DNA from: Chrysomallon squamiferum
Lineage: Eukaryota; Animalia; Mollusca
Length of the DNA: 64,000 nucleotides
Reading direction: 5' to 3'
Assembly: GCA_012295275.1 (NCBI GenBank)
Contig: CM022677.1
Coordinates: forward strand, 2,170,001-2,234,000
Shown here: positions 12,436 through 26,978 of the stretch, piece by piece
Layout: the number at the start of each line of letters is the position of its first letter
How positions within the stretch are numbered: the stretch's first letter is position 1
Position numbers and translations under genes: made by a program
The notes under the pieces: generated by a model
Databases searched by the model: none
Seen by the model: the letters and a program-made list of their open reading frames with translations, nothing else
What the model was told of the DNA's origin: nothing

Positions 12436-13584
12436 GTTGTTTTAATGAATAAAATAAACAACAGCAATAAAAAGAAGAACACAACAATAACATTCATTTA
12501 TTCATTATTTGTATGCGATTTACTTGCTATCAGAAAGTGTAGCTAATATGTGTTTGTAGCAGAAATTTATAATTACGAAACAGAAAACACACAGTATTTA
12601 CTCATAAACAAAAGAAAAATTCCTGGTTGGTTAGGAAATACAATGAGAAGATTCGACTACAAACCTTTACAAAAATACAGAGAGCAGAGGAGGATAGAAA
12701 GAAAGAACAAGAAAACTGAGTAAGATCATTTAAAACAGTTCATTTCTACTCCGAGATTTGTATTTTACTAAATATTTATATAAAACGTACAAGAATAAGT
12801 AACATCAAATAAAATAAAATTTTAGAAATTTAAAATAATAAATTCTAAAGGCTTAACAACAAATAAAAAAATGTTAGGTTTGGTGTTGGAAACCTGTCTT
12901 TTATTTGAAAATTATCTTTAGACAACGCAAACTTGTTTGTTCAGGATATACTTAATGTTAAGTTTCTAATGTTTAGTTTTGAATATAGAGACATAGCGAT
13001 AGAGTAATGACGCTAATACGACGAATAAAAGAAACGAGGAAAGTGTACAAATAAAGTATTATCATCAATTTTCCACATTCTCATTATACAAACACTCCAC
13101 ACCCTTCTCTGCCTCACCCCGATATCACCATCCCCGCCCTATTCGCGCTAAACTGCACTGGCGATCTTTGGTTAAAGAAACTGAGCGTAAACAAGTAGTT
13201 CAAGCTGCAGATAATTATTGTCACTTCAAAGCAGTTAATTATAGATTATTCTCTATCACTGTATGTGTAATGTGTGAATGTATGTATGTATGTCCATATG
13301 TGTTTGTGTGTTATTACTTTTTAACCGTATAAACAATAATATAGAATATTTGTGCATTTTCTTACTATTTTTTCTATTTTTATATATTATTACGTTTATA
13401 CTTCAGAAAAATAAACGTGTTAATTTTATTTTGTTACGTTTGATATCTAATGAGCCACATGTTAAATCCTTTTCAACAACAACAACAACAACAACAAAAT
13501 AAAATAAATAAATAATAGTAAACATATTTTCTTAGTCTTACGCACATAGTATATACAGCATTATTCCTACGAAACCAAAAGTGC

Positions 13585-13690
13585 GTTTACGTCAGTGACG
13601 TAGCGTGGGCGGGACCACATAGGCGGTTGTATAGCGCACAATTCTCAGGTTCACTAGGGGCTCGGGGACGGTTAGGGGCGTAATACACGT
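13585..13690. promoter_or_regulatory. GC-rich promoter-like island with CRE half-site palindrome and GC boxes
   Basis: tacgtcagtgacgta, tgggcggga, ttaggggcgt and cacgtg in a CpG-rich patch within very AT-rich DNA. Confidence 0.4.
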
Positions 13691-13751
13691 GCATTACCAA
13701 CGCTACGCCTCTCATTATATTGTCCACACAGTATGAATAAAACATCACTGG

Positions 13752-13859
<108 letters not shown>

Positions 13860-15008
13860 GCATATAATGAGAGAGACAGAAAAAGACTGGTCGTACGTAT
13901 AGTACAAATACGGACGATTTGGGTTTATTGTTTTATTTATTTTATAATTATTATTATTATTTTTTTTACCTAACTCTTTGTTATTTTGTTTTTCATGTTT
14001 CCCTTTACCATGTTTGCTTCTGTTGTTGTTGTTGTTTTTGTTATATTCATAAAGTGATCGCTCAATTGTGATGATTATTTATATATAATAAAGTTAAACA
14101 TTTAAAAACTCAACAGCTCAAAGTTAACAATACCATTTTAAACGAATCTCTTACGAAATAAAACAAGAAACCCTTATTCATTAGTTAGTTACAATAGAAA
14201 CATAAACAATACGTGAAATACTAATGTAAAGAATATTAGTTCCTAATACTGATCCAAAGATGAGCATTAAAGTAAGCGGCAGTTGATTCAGTCCTGGTCT
14301 CAACAGTAGTCTGTGAATTAATCAAAACAAATTCAGCAAACAGGATTAGACTATGTTTTACAATTACACAACATTTTATTTATTATGTTGTCAGTTATTA
14401 TTTAGATCAGCACATATTCACAATTTTATAGTTTTATGTTAACAACGACATTATACGGTTGTGTTATTAACTTTCACTTTTATTTGTGACATCAATAATG
14501 AAGTTGAAATAACGCGAAAATATAGAAATATTTCCTAACAAGACTATCATTAATACCGATATTTTAACAGAAAGCTCGTGTTTTTAATATTAATCAGCAA
14601 TGTTACAGAACTTGTATTCTTTATATCTTTTTATTTTCTTATTTTTACTTCTTTTTTTTCACACATCAATTTACTTATTATAAAGAAAAAATAATAAGGT
14701 CTAAAAATAACTGGAACCTTTTCATTCTATTTCTGTCTCATTCGTTAGTTCAATTTTTTCTTTCTTTCTTTTTACGTTTTTTTTTTTTTTTTTTTTTTTC
14801 CTGTCACTTCACATCACACTTCAGTTACAATAAACAAATGATAATAAAAAAAATAAAAAATATAAGATGAGATCTAAAAAAACTGTAAGTAATTTTCATT
14901 CTATTTACGACTTATTCCATATTTCATTATTCTGGTATTTTCCTGTTGTTTTTTTTTTTTTTTTTTTTTTTATTTATTTATTTATTTTTTCTCTTTTTTT
15001 TTAATTTT

Positions 15009-15043
<35 letters not shown>

Positions 15044-15073
15044 CTTCCACATCATACTTTAGTTGCTATAAAG

Positions 15074-15105
<32 letters not shown>

Positions 15106-15202
15106 AAATATCTAAAAATAACTGGAATTTTTGCATTGTGTTTCCGTCCTGGTGTCACAAAGATCAGTATTGTTCTACGTATTTTCTTCATTACGTTGCT
15201 GG

Positions 15203-15493
15203 CGTCATGTATTACCTATAATGTTAAGTTACGTCATGTATTACCTATAATGTTTAGTTACGTCATGTATTACCTATAATGTTAAGTTACGTCATGTATT
15301 ACCTATAATGTTAAGTTACGTCATGTATTACCTATAATGTTACGTTACGTCATGTATTACCTATAATGTTAAGTTACGTCATGTATTACCTATAATGTTA
15401 AGTTACGTCATGTATTACCTATAATGTTAAGTTACGTCATGTATTACCTATAATGTTAAGTTACGTCATGTATTACTATAATGTTTAGTTACG
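15203..15493. repeat. 29-bp minisatellite, about 10 copies
   Basis: Unit cgtcatgtattacctataatgttaagtta at 15203, 15232, 15261 and onward. Confidence 0.95.
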
Positions 15494-15561
15494 ATGAACT
15501 AGTGTATATAATAACGTTCTAAATTCTACTTGAAGTTGAAGTATCCTCGAAAATGATTGGC

Positions 15562-15620
<59 letters not shown>

Positions 15621-16341
15621 ATATAATTCTTCCCATAATGATTAGTAATTTTCTTTACAAAGCTAATGAAATCGCTGTTCAGTATGGTAAACAATTCAGG
15701 GTGTCAGCTGATGAGGAAATCAAACTACAAACGTGATACCAGCCACATTCACGGAACAATTATTATCGTGTTTTAAAAATAACCGAGATTAGAGTTTTAT
15801 ACAATCGGTCTCTTGATCAGACAATATTTTATAGAAATGAATCAATACATCAAGATTAAAAATGTGGTAAAATAAATAAAAAAAAAAAATAAAAAATAAA
15901 ATAAAATAAAACAAAATATTGATAACAATAAATAAAAATTAACGCGGCATAGAAACGTTTTTCTGTAGGACTATGTTCTGTGTAAAAATAATTAGCGATA
16001 AATAAATAAAAATATAATAAGAACAATAACATCTTTTAAAAATTAAAATTAAAATTAAAAACTACATTATTATTATTATTAACTTTATTATTATTATTAT
16101 TATTATTATTATTTTTTTTTTTTTTTTTTTTTTTTCAATATATTAATAGTGTTGAAACAAAAGTTGGTTTAATTATAGTAAAAACATAATACGGAATGCC
16201 CAGATTTATTTTTAGAACCGACTGACCTTTATTAGGTGTAGATATTTATTATCTGTTCTATGATTGGTTCTGCGAATGTATAGCCGACGTCATTTATACT
16301 CGCTAATGATAAGAAGAAAACAATTGCTCGAATTTATCAAA

Positions 16342-17292
16342 ATGTCTGAGGTCAGTTCTGATATTCAGACAGATTCAGTTCCAGTGAATTCAAACCTTAG
16401 TGTATGTTTTAACAACAGTAATCCTGGGAATCGTATCCATGAAGATGAAATGTTAAGTAAAAGATTGGAGACTTTCAAAAATTACAAAGGCAAGAAAAGT
16501 CCTCTGCATCTGGCAATGGCTGGATTTGTGTACACGGGTACGTCTGATAAGGTTGTTTGTGAATCCTGTGGTATTAGATTGTTTAACTGGACTGGAAACG
16601 AGGACCCTTTGCAAGAACATAGAAAACATACGTCAGGTTGTAGTTTCTTTAAGACAATATTTTCTTCGAGCGGAGATTCGGAATATAATAAATCGTATTC
16701 TTTTATTACTGCTAGTTCTGGTAGTATTCCAAAATACAGGGAGTACGAGAGCTATGAAAAAGGTTGGAAAGCTTCGTTGGATGGCCGCTCTTATCGCCCT
16801 TGCAGAAGCCCAGTGTTTTGGCTCATTGTGGATTTTTCTACATAGGATCGGCGGATCGCGCAAGATGTTTTCATTGTGGACTAACTTTGCGTGACTGGGA
16901 TGACGATGATTTTCCGCCAGTTGTTCACAAAGAATGGGCTAAGAATTGTGAATTCGCTGACAAACTGGACTTTGATGAAATAAGGAAAATGGTTGAAGTT
17001 GAGGAATTAAAGAAGGACTCGAAAAATAAAACGAATATTGTTGAAAAGAGTTGCAATAAAGCCGACAACAGCTGTTTTGTAAAATGTGTGAATAGCGTTG
17101 TGACTCAAGCAACAAGTGGTGACAGCTCGAGTAGTAATTATGTCTACAGCCCAGCGATCCAGGCAGTTTTGGAAATGGGATATTCTATTGAACTTATTCA
17201 AAAGTCCATTGATAATCGGAAAAGAAAAGATGGTTCTGATTTTCCAAATGCAGTAACACTTTTCTAAGCAGTCTTGGAACTTGAAGGATCCT
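16342..17292 (+). pseudogene. Inhibitor of apoptosis (IAP/BIRC-like): BIR1-BIR2-UBA exon, disrupted
   Basis: BIR1 RLETFKNY...LAMAGFVYTGTSDKVVCESC...WTGNEDPLQEHRKHTSGC; BIR2 LESFVGWP...LAHCGFFYIGSADRARCFHC...WDDDDFPPVVHKEWAKNC; IAP UBA SPAIQAVLEMGYSIELIQ...DFPNAVTLF*AVLEL. 1-nt frameshift in the A-run near 16757-16761; TAA at 17265-17267 before a probable donor near 17292. No RING exon recognised. Confidence 0.9.
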
Positions 17293-17762
17293 GTTAGGTT
17301 AGTATCACGTGACATGCTATTTTAGCCAATAAAGCCTCATTTGTAATACAAAGATGTTGTTTAGAACGATTAATACTATGCAAGAGTTCCTGTATTATCA
17401 AAACAGTGGACAAAATTTGTTGAAAGGTAACTAAAAAATAAAAGCCCACCAACAACAGATAATAAAAAATAAAGCAAACCAAAGCATATCTTTATAGATA
17501 GTTTGTTTTAAAATATCAACATGAAAAAAATAAAAAATAGAAAGAAAAAGATATGAATTCTAATAAATGTTAAATATTTAATATTTAATAATTAAAGTCT
17601 AGCTATCCTTGAATTGTTGTTAAACTTTTCTCTTGATTTATTTAGTTTATATGTTACAGGAATATGTATAATTGCAATCAGAATATATACTTTTAAAATT
17701 CTTTAAATAAATTATAATATTTCCTGTAACATATATAAAGTAAATAAAATAAAATGAACAAC

Positions 17763-17818
<56 letters not shown>

Positions 17819-20357
17819 AGAAGCATTGATAAATGAAACCAGTAACATTTTTAATTTGATTTTCATTTTCAGATGAAAGTTTCAGGAAGATGAGCAGTTC
17901 TAGGGTCCAGCTTGTGTACACGACAGTTCATCCTGTCAGTAAGAAACAAAAACTAAAAGTTCTGAAAAGAAAAGATGATTGTTCTGGGCACTTGTTTATT
18001 TCTGAAAGGTTTTCTTTCATAGTTCCAAATGTTTGTTAAACTGAAAAATGACTAAAAATATAATTACTAAGATTAAGATTACAACAGCCTGTTGATATTG
18101 AAATTACTTAATATTAAACAGGATGCATCCTTCGTTATTAACATTTTAATTCTTCACAATTAAATTGATTTAAAGTAAACTTATTATTTGTAATGTTAAA
18201 GAAATACTAAGTATATACGATACAATTTAAATTTGAAGTATTCTAAATGTTGTCATCTAAAAATTGATAAATGTTTAGATCAAGTTAGAAACTGTTTTTC
18301 TCAATTTAATTTACACTCGTTGTTATCAGAAAAAGAACAATAAAGGAATGGCCCATTTAAATGAATGAATATTTAATTTTCGTGATGTTTTAGAAATTAA
18401 TATTCAGCACAAAGGATACATTTAAATAAACAAAATAAAATGCTATGTCAGTAATGTGTAATATTCACTGAAAATGTTGTTATTAATCAGATAAATCAGT
18501 GAGATTGTTTATTACTCATAAATCATTTCAGTTAATATTCTTAGTTGTTTTCTCATTTATTTATTTTACAGATTCATTTAGTATATTAAACTTGGTATTT
18601 GTCTTACTGTAGCCTGCTAGTATTTAAATAAAATTAAACAGGATGCATTTTACTGGGGAGTGGTTATTTTATCTTTGGTTATTAACATTTTATTTGATCA
18701 GAATTAAGTCAAATTTAAAGCAATTTTATTTGATGAGAATTAAGTCAAATTTAAAGCAATTTTATTTGTAATGATAGAGAATTAGTGAGTGAATATAATA
18801 CAATTTACTTAATTTATTTTACACCATAATAATAATACTACTAATAATAATAAAAAACATCATCATCATCATTGTAATAAATCATGTTACAAAGTAAATG
18901 CCTCTTTAAATATACAAATATTTTGAAATAAATTATTAAATTTGTACTATTGCGTATTGTAATTTTGTTTTTCATCTGATTTTTGTTTTCTCTAAGATTA
19001 TGTCTGAGTATGTTTCATTTGCATGCAGATCACCTATAAACTGAATATAATGCTTTTAATTTATTAATGTATGATATCATTGATATGTTTGTAAATAAAG
19101 GTTTCAAATAGTACAGTATGTGTGTACGTGTTTTTATTTTTTATTTTTTATGATTAATTATTTATGTACACACATACTGTATTATTATAGATTATAGATA
19201 TGTGTAGGTGTTTGTGTGTGTGTGTGGCTGTGTGTTCTGTTTATTCAGTTTTCATGAATAACTATTATAAACATCAATGCCGTGACAATGATGCACATAA
19301 AGAAATGTAAGAAGAAAACAGAACTTAATAATAAAACTGGTAGTTTTGTTGTACACGTTAGTTTGTAACAATTTAAAAAGTTTTTATCTTATTAAAACAA
19401 GAATTAATAATAAAACTAGTAGTTTTGTAGTACATATTAGTCTGTAATAATTTAATAGTAATTATCTAACTAAAACAATTAATAATAAAACTATTGGTTT
19501 TGTAGAATTTGTCAGTTTGTAATAATTTAACATTTTTTATCTTGGAGTTTCAAATGTTAGTTTTGTTACTTTGTACTGATATAGAAATTTTATTTTAGAC
19601 AATAAAACTTTTTCTCACTGTTCATTTAATGTATTGGTTGTTTTTAAACTGATTCTATATCCTCCAGTTTTACTGACTGAAAGTGTATGGTTCATAGTTT
19701 TAGTCTGGGATAGTGTCACTTGAAAAGTGTATGGCAGAATATAAAGGAAACTATAAACTTGTCTGTCATTTCTCAGTTGTTTATCAAAGGTTCACATATC
19801 TAGAAACGAATTTGAAAATGAAGCTGAAAATATATATAATCATGATATATTTTTTTTTTTTTTAGAAAATAACAAAACAGAAACACAAATGAGGAAAACC
19901 CTTTCAAGGAAGGAAATTAAGATTACAAAATTGAGTTCACTTTTGCAGCAGCATTACATAAGCTTTCCATAAGATTTAGGTAAATTGATAAATATCTTCC
20001 TGATTTTTGAATACTCTGCAAGTCTTTGAATGAATCAGTGTAAAAGAGAGAAAACAGATTTCAATATTGCCTAAAACACTACAATGCCTCCACTTAATTT
20101 CATAATAAAATGTTTTTCTTTTTTCTGTTTTTAGGAGATCTCACTGTGTTGAAGACGTAAGTCAACATGACAGATTTCAGTTGTATCCTGTTTTAGTTCA
20201 CGTTGTATCTTATACATCAGTCAAATAATGTGGAAATATTCAAATGTTAGGAAAAGAAATTTTGTTTCGTCTTCAATAAAGGAGATGATTGCTGCTTGTT
20301 CTCTCAGTCATGAAGCAGTTCAGAGAATCCATTGTTACTTTAAAGTCGAACTAAGTA

Positions 20358-20411
<54 letters not shown>

Positions 20412-23010
20412 AATGAATAACAGCTGAAGGCTTCTAGTTTCAAGATTTATATCTGATTATCTACAGAAGTTCTGACATTGTTTATATTTTATATATATAT
20501 ATAATTATTATTATTCTCGAATAAGATGGCTGCCATAATGTGGCAATTCTGTATCACATTCTTCGAACATTAAATAAAACTGTAAATCCCTAAACAGCGG
20601 CAGTCATCCCGCATTCATTTCCGCAACTACTATACCAAAAAAAAAAAAAAAAAATGCAATGCAAATAAAACAAATAAAGAATATAATTACTTTTAAATCG
20701 ATATGATTCTTTTGTCCAATAAACGGTGTTGTTATTTCCGCCTCTCCTATCTTTTCTTTCTTCTTCTTAATTTATTTATGTTAACACAGCAAATAAAATG
20801 ACAAAGTTTAGAACTCACATTTTAAACTGTGTAGTCTGGGTAAGGTGTCTCGTATATGAAAACTGGGTGTGCGTTAAAACAACAAATAATCCTGGCGTGT
20901 TGAAATGTTAAATATGTTTTAATATATTTGTGAAATTTCAATTGTACTGTGGTAACATTTCTTTTGATTATTAATATTAGTGTGTGCGTGTGTGTGCGTG
21001 TCTGTTTAAAACTGTATTAAAGAGTGATTAAAGTGAATCAAGTGAAAAGTGACACAATGTAATAAAATAATGAGTCAAGACAAATACATTTATGTTGAAA
21101 TGACTAAGGGAAATGTGGTCAGACAGTCAATGCTGTCATAAAACAGACAGGAACAAATTAATTTTAAAAATTAACTTATAAATACTCCTTTTTCTACTTT
21201 ACTACAATGGTCACTGTGATAAACGTTTAAAATTTACATTTTTATTAAAATATACAAAAATTGTCAACAAAATAAAAAAATAAAAAAAGCTAATCTGACA
21301 GCGGTATACATCGTGTACAAATGAAGAAAAGAAAATATTAAAACTTTTCAACTGGGTAGAAAAGTTTAAAAATAAATAAATAAATGAAACCTTTATAATT
21401 CATAATCAGTGGATGTAGATGAAAATAATATGTCTTTGTAGATAACATTGAATATCAAATTACATTCTAATTTTTCATAATGTAAATATTATTTCAGTGT
21501 TTAAATCGAATTGTCATCATTGTATTATCTTTATACGTCTTTCATTTACTATTACTTTCTTTTACAACAAAATTTAAAACATATTTCTGAACTATTATTT
21601 TTACAAGATTTAAAACAATTTAAAAGATTAGTTTAACGTCGTTTTTAATTTACCTTTCGTTTTCGTTTTCTTGGATGAATTGGTTCTAAAAGACAAATAT
21701 GAACTAATAAGACAGAAGTATCTAAGACACTCTGCTCAAAACTAACTATCGTAGTTTTAAAAGCTAAAATTTATTATTTGGTTCTTTTGCATTCAAAGAC
21801 GTATCTAAAATAAACAATGCCTATGTCAAACACTGACAGTTCACACCTATACAAACATCTTTTAAATAATTTCATCAGAACAGAAATTGTTTGGTGGCAT
21901 CCTAGGCATGAGCCATACATTATATATGTCACTATTGTGATTTATGTTTGTGGGCTTCTTTTTATTCCTGTTTGTTTATTTCTCCGTTTTTAACCAAACA
22001 TTGAAAGCATTTCAAAATTTGAGACCATTACAAATGAAATAAAATTCAAATAAAAAATAAAAATGATTCTTGTCTGACCTTTATCAGGATGTGGATCTAG
22101 CAGTTTTTCTGTTGTGATTTTAATTCGGTAGCTTTAAATTAACATCAAAAAAAAAAAAAAAAAAAAAAAAACAACAACAATAAAATAATTTTAAAAAAAA
22201 ACACACACAGATACCTAAGCTAACATTTTTTTTTTTTTTTAAATACATCAGACAGGAAAGTGAAAAAGATATGTACTTAAGAAAACGAACCATTTTCAAC
22301 CAAAAATTTCCAGTGACGTAGAAAGATCGGTGGGAAATATAAATATGTCGATTAGACATAGCTCATTGAAAAGATCAACCCCAGGGTTACGCCTATAATT
22401 CCCATACATATTTGTAACTACCGTCAGTGTTTTGCATGCACACGCTCACGTACAGTCATATACAAAGTCGGTTTTAAGCAAGATTTATTTTTATACACCA
22501 TGATCATAATCTCTGTATGTAAAATCAGTTTAATGTGATAACGTAGTACAATAATTCTTCTTGTACTTCAAATAGTATATTATTTGTTTTAACACACAAC
22601 TCTATTTAAGAAGCTTTCCAAGACAACTTTGAAATGTAATAGACCTGTAATTATCACTATTATGCTTAATCAACCTTAGAAAAAGAACTGGAAATAATGA
22701 ATGCAAACTGGGCTATAGATATAGAGATTTCAGTACTTGTTTTCATTTGTCACCAGTAATCTATGTTTAATTACAACGGAAAGGTCTACGTTGTTCAAGG
22801 CCACCGAGAGGCGTCCTGTCCGTCTCTTTACAATAATCTCTTACGTCTACAAATCGTGCTGGGGATGGGTATTGAAATTACTTCTTAATTTTGTTATACT
22901 GTACAAAAAAATATCACATAAATCAATATTTATTTTTAATTTTCGCTGAATAGAACATTATATTCACTTTAACAAAATATAACTTAATGACAATGGACAG
23001 ATGCAGTGAT

Positions 23011-23061
<51 letters not shown>

Positions 23062-26000
23062 TGATATGACCCTGTCATAGTTCAGTTAATAAAAAAATAA
23101 GGCGATATTATTAATTAAGGATACCGCTATTTACACTAATAAATTCTACAAATATTACATAATTATAAAGAAGTAAAAATAAGGTGTCAGTTTTTCTTAA
23201 GGATAACGCTATTTACACTGATCATTTTACTACTGAGTTACAAAAATAAATTTTAATAACGTGTGCACTATATGTTAGTAATAGTTTACACGGTATTTTA
23301 GTTACATTGTGTTACACAGAACATTCATAATTAGAGAGTAGCGGTGACACCAACCATTCAGTATAATCTGTGGATCAAGCTAATAACATGTAATACTAGT
23401 TAGACTGTGATGACGTGTAAAAATGAAACAGCGTAAAATTATCAATGTAAATAGTTTATTTTCTTAATAAAAACACTACGTTATTTGTATCTGATAGCGA
23501 TATTTTATTTCTGAATATTCACTGTACTTCTCAACTAGAAATATTAAGATGAATATGACTTCACATATAATTAATTACTTGCTATTATCTAACAATGTAA
23601 CCTCAACTTTTCAACACATACCTGTCTAGAAAAATAAAATCAATATTTAATTATCAATACAATCTCAGGTGCAGCTAAACACTAATCCTGTTTTTGTCAG
23701 TAACAAAGAACTGCAGTCTTTATTTCTCAATTTCTCAACTATTCTTCTTGAATGAGATGACATTCAGTTAGTTATACAACAAATTATACTGCAAATTACA
23801 ACTATGGTTTCACTTGTTAAATTCAGAAATATAGATGGAACTTCCGTGTTATAATGTTTGTATAAATATCAGTAGCTTTACATGTGACGTGAAACATATA
23901 TCGAGAAATAAAGAGAGTGCATCTAGTATGACATTTTATATACACCAGAACCTGTTTCACTGAAAAACAAACACAGCAGAACATTGAGCAACTAACTTCA
24001 GATACTCTTTGAAGTGTCCGTTTTATTAAACGTAACGTGATATTTTACTTTGCTAATTCGAAATCGTATAACAAAAAGGTGTAATTTTACTGTACGTGGA
24101 ACTTAGATATTATGTACACTACAGAAAATATTGATAACCACAGTTAATCTGTTAGATATTACTGACAGTTATAAACGATAATTCTACATGGCGTTTTAAA
24201 AAGAAAAAGATGAGAATTAATTATGAGCGGTGATATTTACAGTTTGTAGGTTAAGTATGTTGACAAATGTTAATCTCATATTTATTAATATCATATATTT
24301 ATATCAGGTTATATTTAAAAATCTCGGAGTTAATTCCCTGGAATCACGATAGTGTGTACTGATTAGCTGAGAACAAAGAAGGTAAACGTGTTATTTTGCT
24401 ATGCGAAATTATATTTTTTCATTACATTCATTAAAATGTGTACATCAGCGCAAGTTGTATAGTTAATATACTTTACATTTCTTATTATACCTGAAGTTCT
24501 CTTACTATTAAAATAACCGCTCCTCCAGTAATAATCAATGAGACATTGAAGCAGACACTCTCTTTGTCAACAGCTAAATAACAACAACAACAATAATAAC
24601 ATCTTAATATTTTTATTTTTATTTTGTTTTTATTTTTCTGTAAAAACGGAAGCTTCCTGTATATTTTTTACGCTATTCTCTTAGTGTCATTAGAACTGTT
24701 CTGAGTGCGGATATAAAAATTACTTCGAAGTTTTTATTAGGCCTCGTAAAGTTATCAGAGAAATCAGATTTATTCTTAGTTTATTGTTTCTGTCGAGATA
24801 AAAAATAAATACTTCTTTTTAAAAAAGTATATAATAATAATAATAATGATTTATTTATAATGTAATTACATGAGAAATCGTGAACTTTTCGTAAAGCCAC
24901 AGTTAACTAAAAATGATCGCTGTTTACACTGATAATGTTACCCATCGATAACAAAATAAGACGCAAGTTTTATAACGTCTGTATTATTTATATGAGACAT
25001 TAAAGTTACATTAATTAGAGATCATCAGTTATAATATTGATAAACATGGAATTTCACTCTAGATTAACTTACTTTTCTCAGTGTTTAAAAAAAAAAATCT
25101 GATATAGTCTTAATTACATAATTTGATAAATTTGAATTTTAGATTAATCATGTACTTTCATGTAGGGAGAGATGTAAATTGTGTCGCGGAATGTCATGTT
25201 ACTGCTGTCATAAAACAAAGTATCGCATTGTGACACTGAAAGGTGCACAGTTAATTTTCAATAACATCAGTACAATAATAAATATAGCACTTCACGTGTT
25301 TCTGTATAGCCTTATTATTGTTAATAAAATAACTTAATATTAAAAACCATAATTGTTCAGTATACGAAAAGAAGGACATTAATCTGGAAAAAACAAACAA
25401 AACAGTGTTTTTCAGTGTACTGTGTTAATATTACAGCTTCACTTTTACTTTCAGTATATTGACTTGTGTACCTAATAACATTACCGAAAAAATCTTTTTA
25501 TTATTATTTTTTTTTTTTGGATAACTGAACACTAATTGTACAATAATAAAAAATATAATTTTAACATAATTTTAATATTAATATTAATGTCTCATGAAAA
25601 TATTAATATTTAGATGTGAAGCGGAGATATTAAACTTCTATCTTACGTTAACTTTACAAAATTATTCAAAATATGAAATTATCAAAAAAACAACGTTAAT
25701 GTCGTCTATAATAAAATATTTACTTCTTCTGAGGCCCAGCATTGTTTTTTATCAGAGGACTGGTGAATTCATAACAAACGTTAAAACATTTCTCTCAATC
25801 TCAGTTTTGTCGTATAAACGGCCGTAATGTTAGCCGAAGGAGTTTTTCAGGTTTGTGAAAAAAGGACTCAATATTTTTATTGAAATGTACGCAAACTAAT
25901 AAAAACACGTTTTTATATCAATTCAGGGCTTTTGTTTTATGATTTACAGTCAGCGATCAAGTGGGTTAAGAGAATTTACATTATCCTCACTTGAAGAAAT

Positions 26001-26709
26001 CACAGTTGTTTTCACACGAGTGTTTACAATAACCATGTTCTATGAAAAAAGATATATTTTCAGAGATAGGCTTGGTGCTGAAGTGTGCACTTGTTTACCC
26101 AACACAGCATGTTTTTCAAGATTAATAAAATGTAATGAAAATTATAAACAACATTCACAAATTTCTTCATTGGAATATTTAGATTACTGTTACAAAAATG
26201 TGTTCACAATTTTTGGTAGAGATGTTTATTGTATTCGTAACAGTTCATTCAATTTTATCTTAAAAATGCTTTAATAATGAAAAACAAGGCAACAAAAGAA
26301 AATGAAAAAAGTATGTTTATTTTAATAAATAATCAACATTAGTAATTATAACATCTAAACAAGTGTAAGTTAAATAGATATGTCTCTGTACAGAAGACAC
26401 AGCAGGTACAGATCTAGGGTGTGGTGTGTTAACATATTTGTGTGATGAGAAAATATCACAAATGTTCTCTTGCTCCTCTACCATATAAAACTTTCCTTTT
26501 TTATTTTTTTCTCTCACACACTGCCTGAAATAAAAAATAAACAATTACCAAGTAAAAGTTCTCAAACAGATTGTCATAGAATTTTATGGTATTTTAAAAG
26601 AATGAGAAAGAGAGACAAAGCGAGAAAGATATAATGAAAGAGAGAGAAAAAATAAGGAAGATAATCTAGAGAGAAACGTTTGCAGTGGAGATATGCAGTC
26701 ATGCATATT

Positions 26710-26978
26710 TGTATAACTTTAATAGTTATAATGATAAACATTTATATCATTCATGCATATTTGTATAACTTTAATAGTTATAATGATAAACATTTATATC
26801 TCATTGAAACCAGCTTTGTGACAAAAACTGTGGAGTGTACAGTTCTGTACTTAACTGTGTGTTCAACACCATAACTTTAATAGTTATAATGATAAACATT
26901 TATATCTCATTGAAACCAGCTTTGTGACAAAGACTGTGGAGTGTACAGTTCTGTATTTAACTGTGTTCAACACCATAA
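26710..26978. repeat. Compound tandem duplication (about 50-bp and 107-bp units)
   Basis: ataactttaatagttataatgataaacatttatatc three times; tcattgaaaccagctttgtgacaa...caacaccataa twice. Confidence 0.85.

Noticed and set aside
16342-17267. Processed (retro) IAP copy or viral IAP
   Set aside because: No poly(A)/TSD and no viral neighbours; a donor-like site follows the UBA, and a large BIR-containing first coding exon is compatible with a cellular gene.
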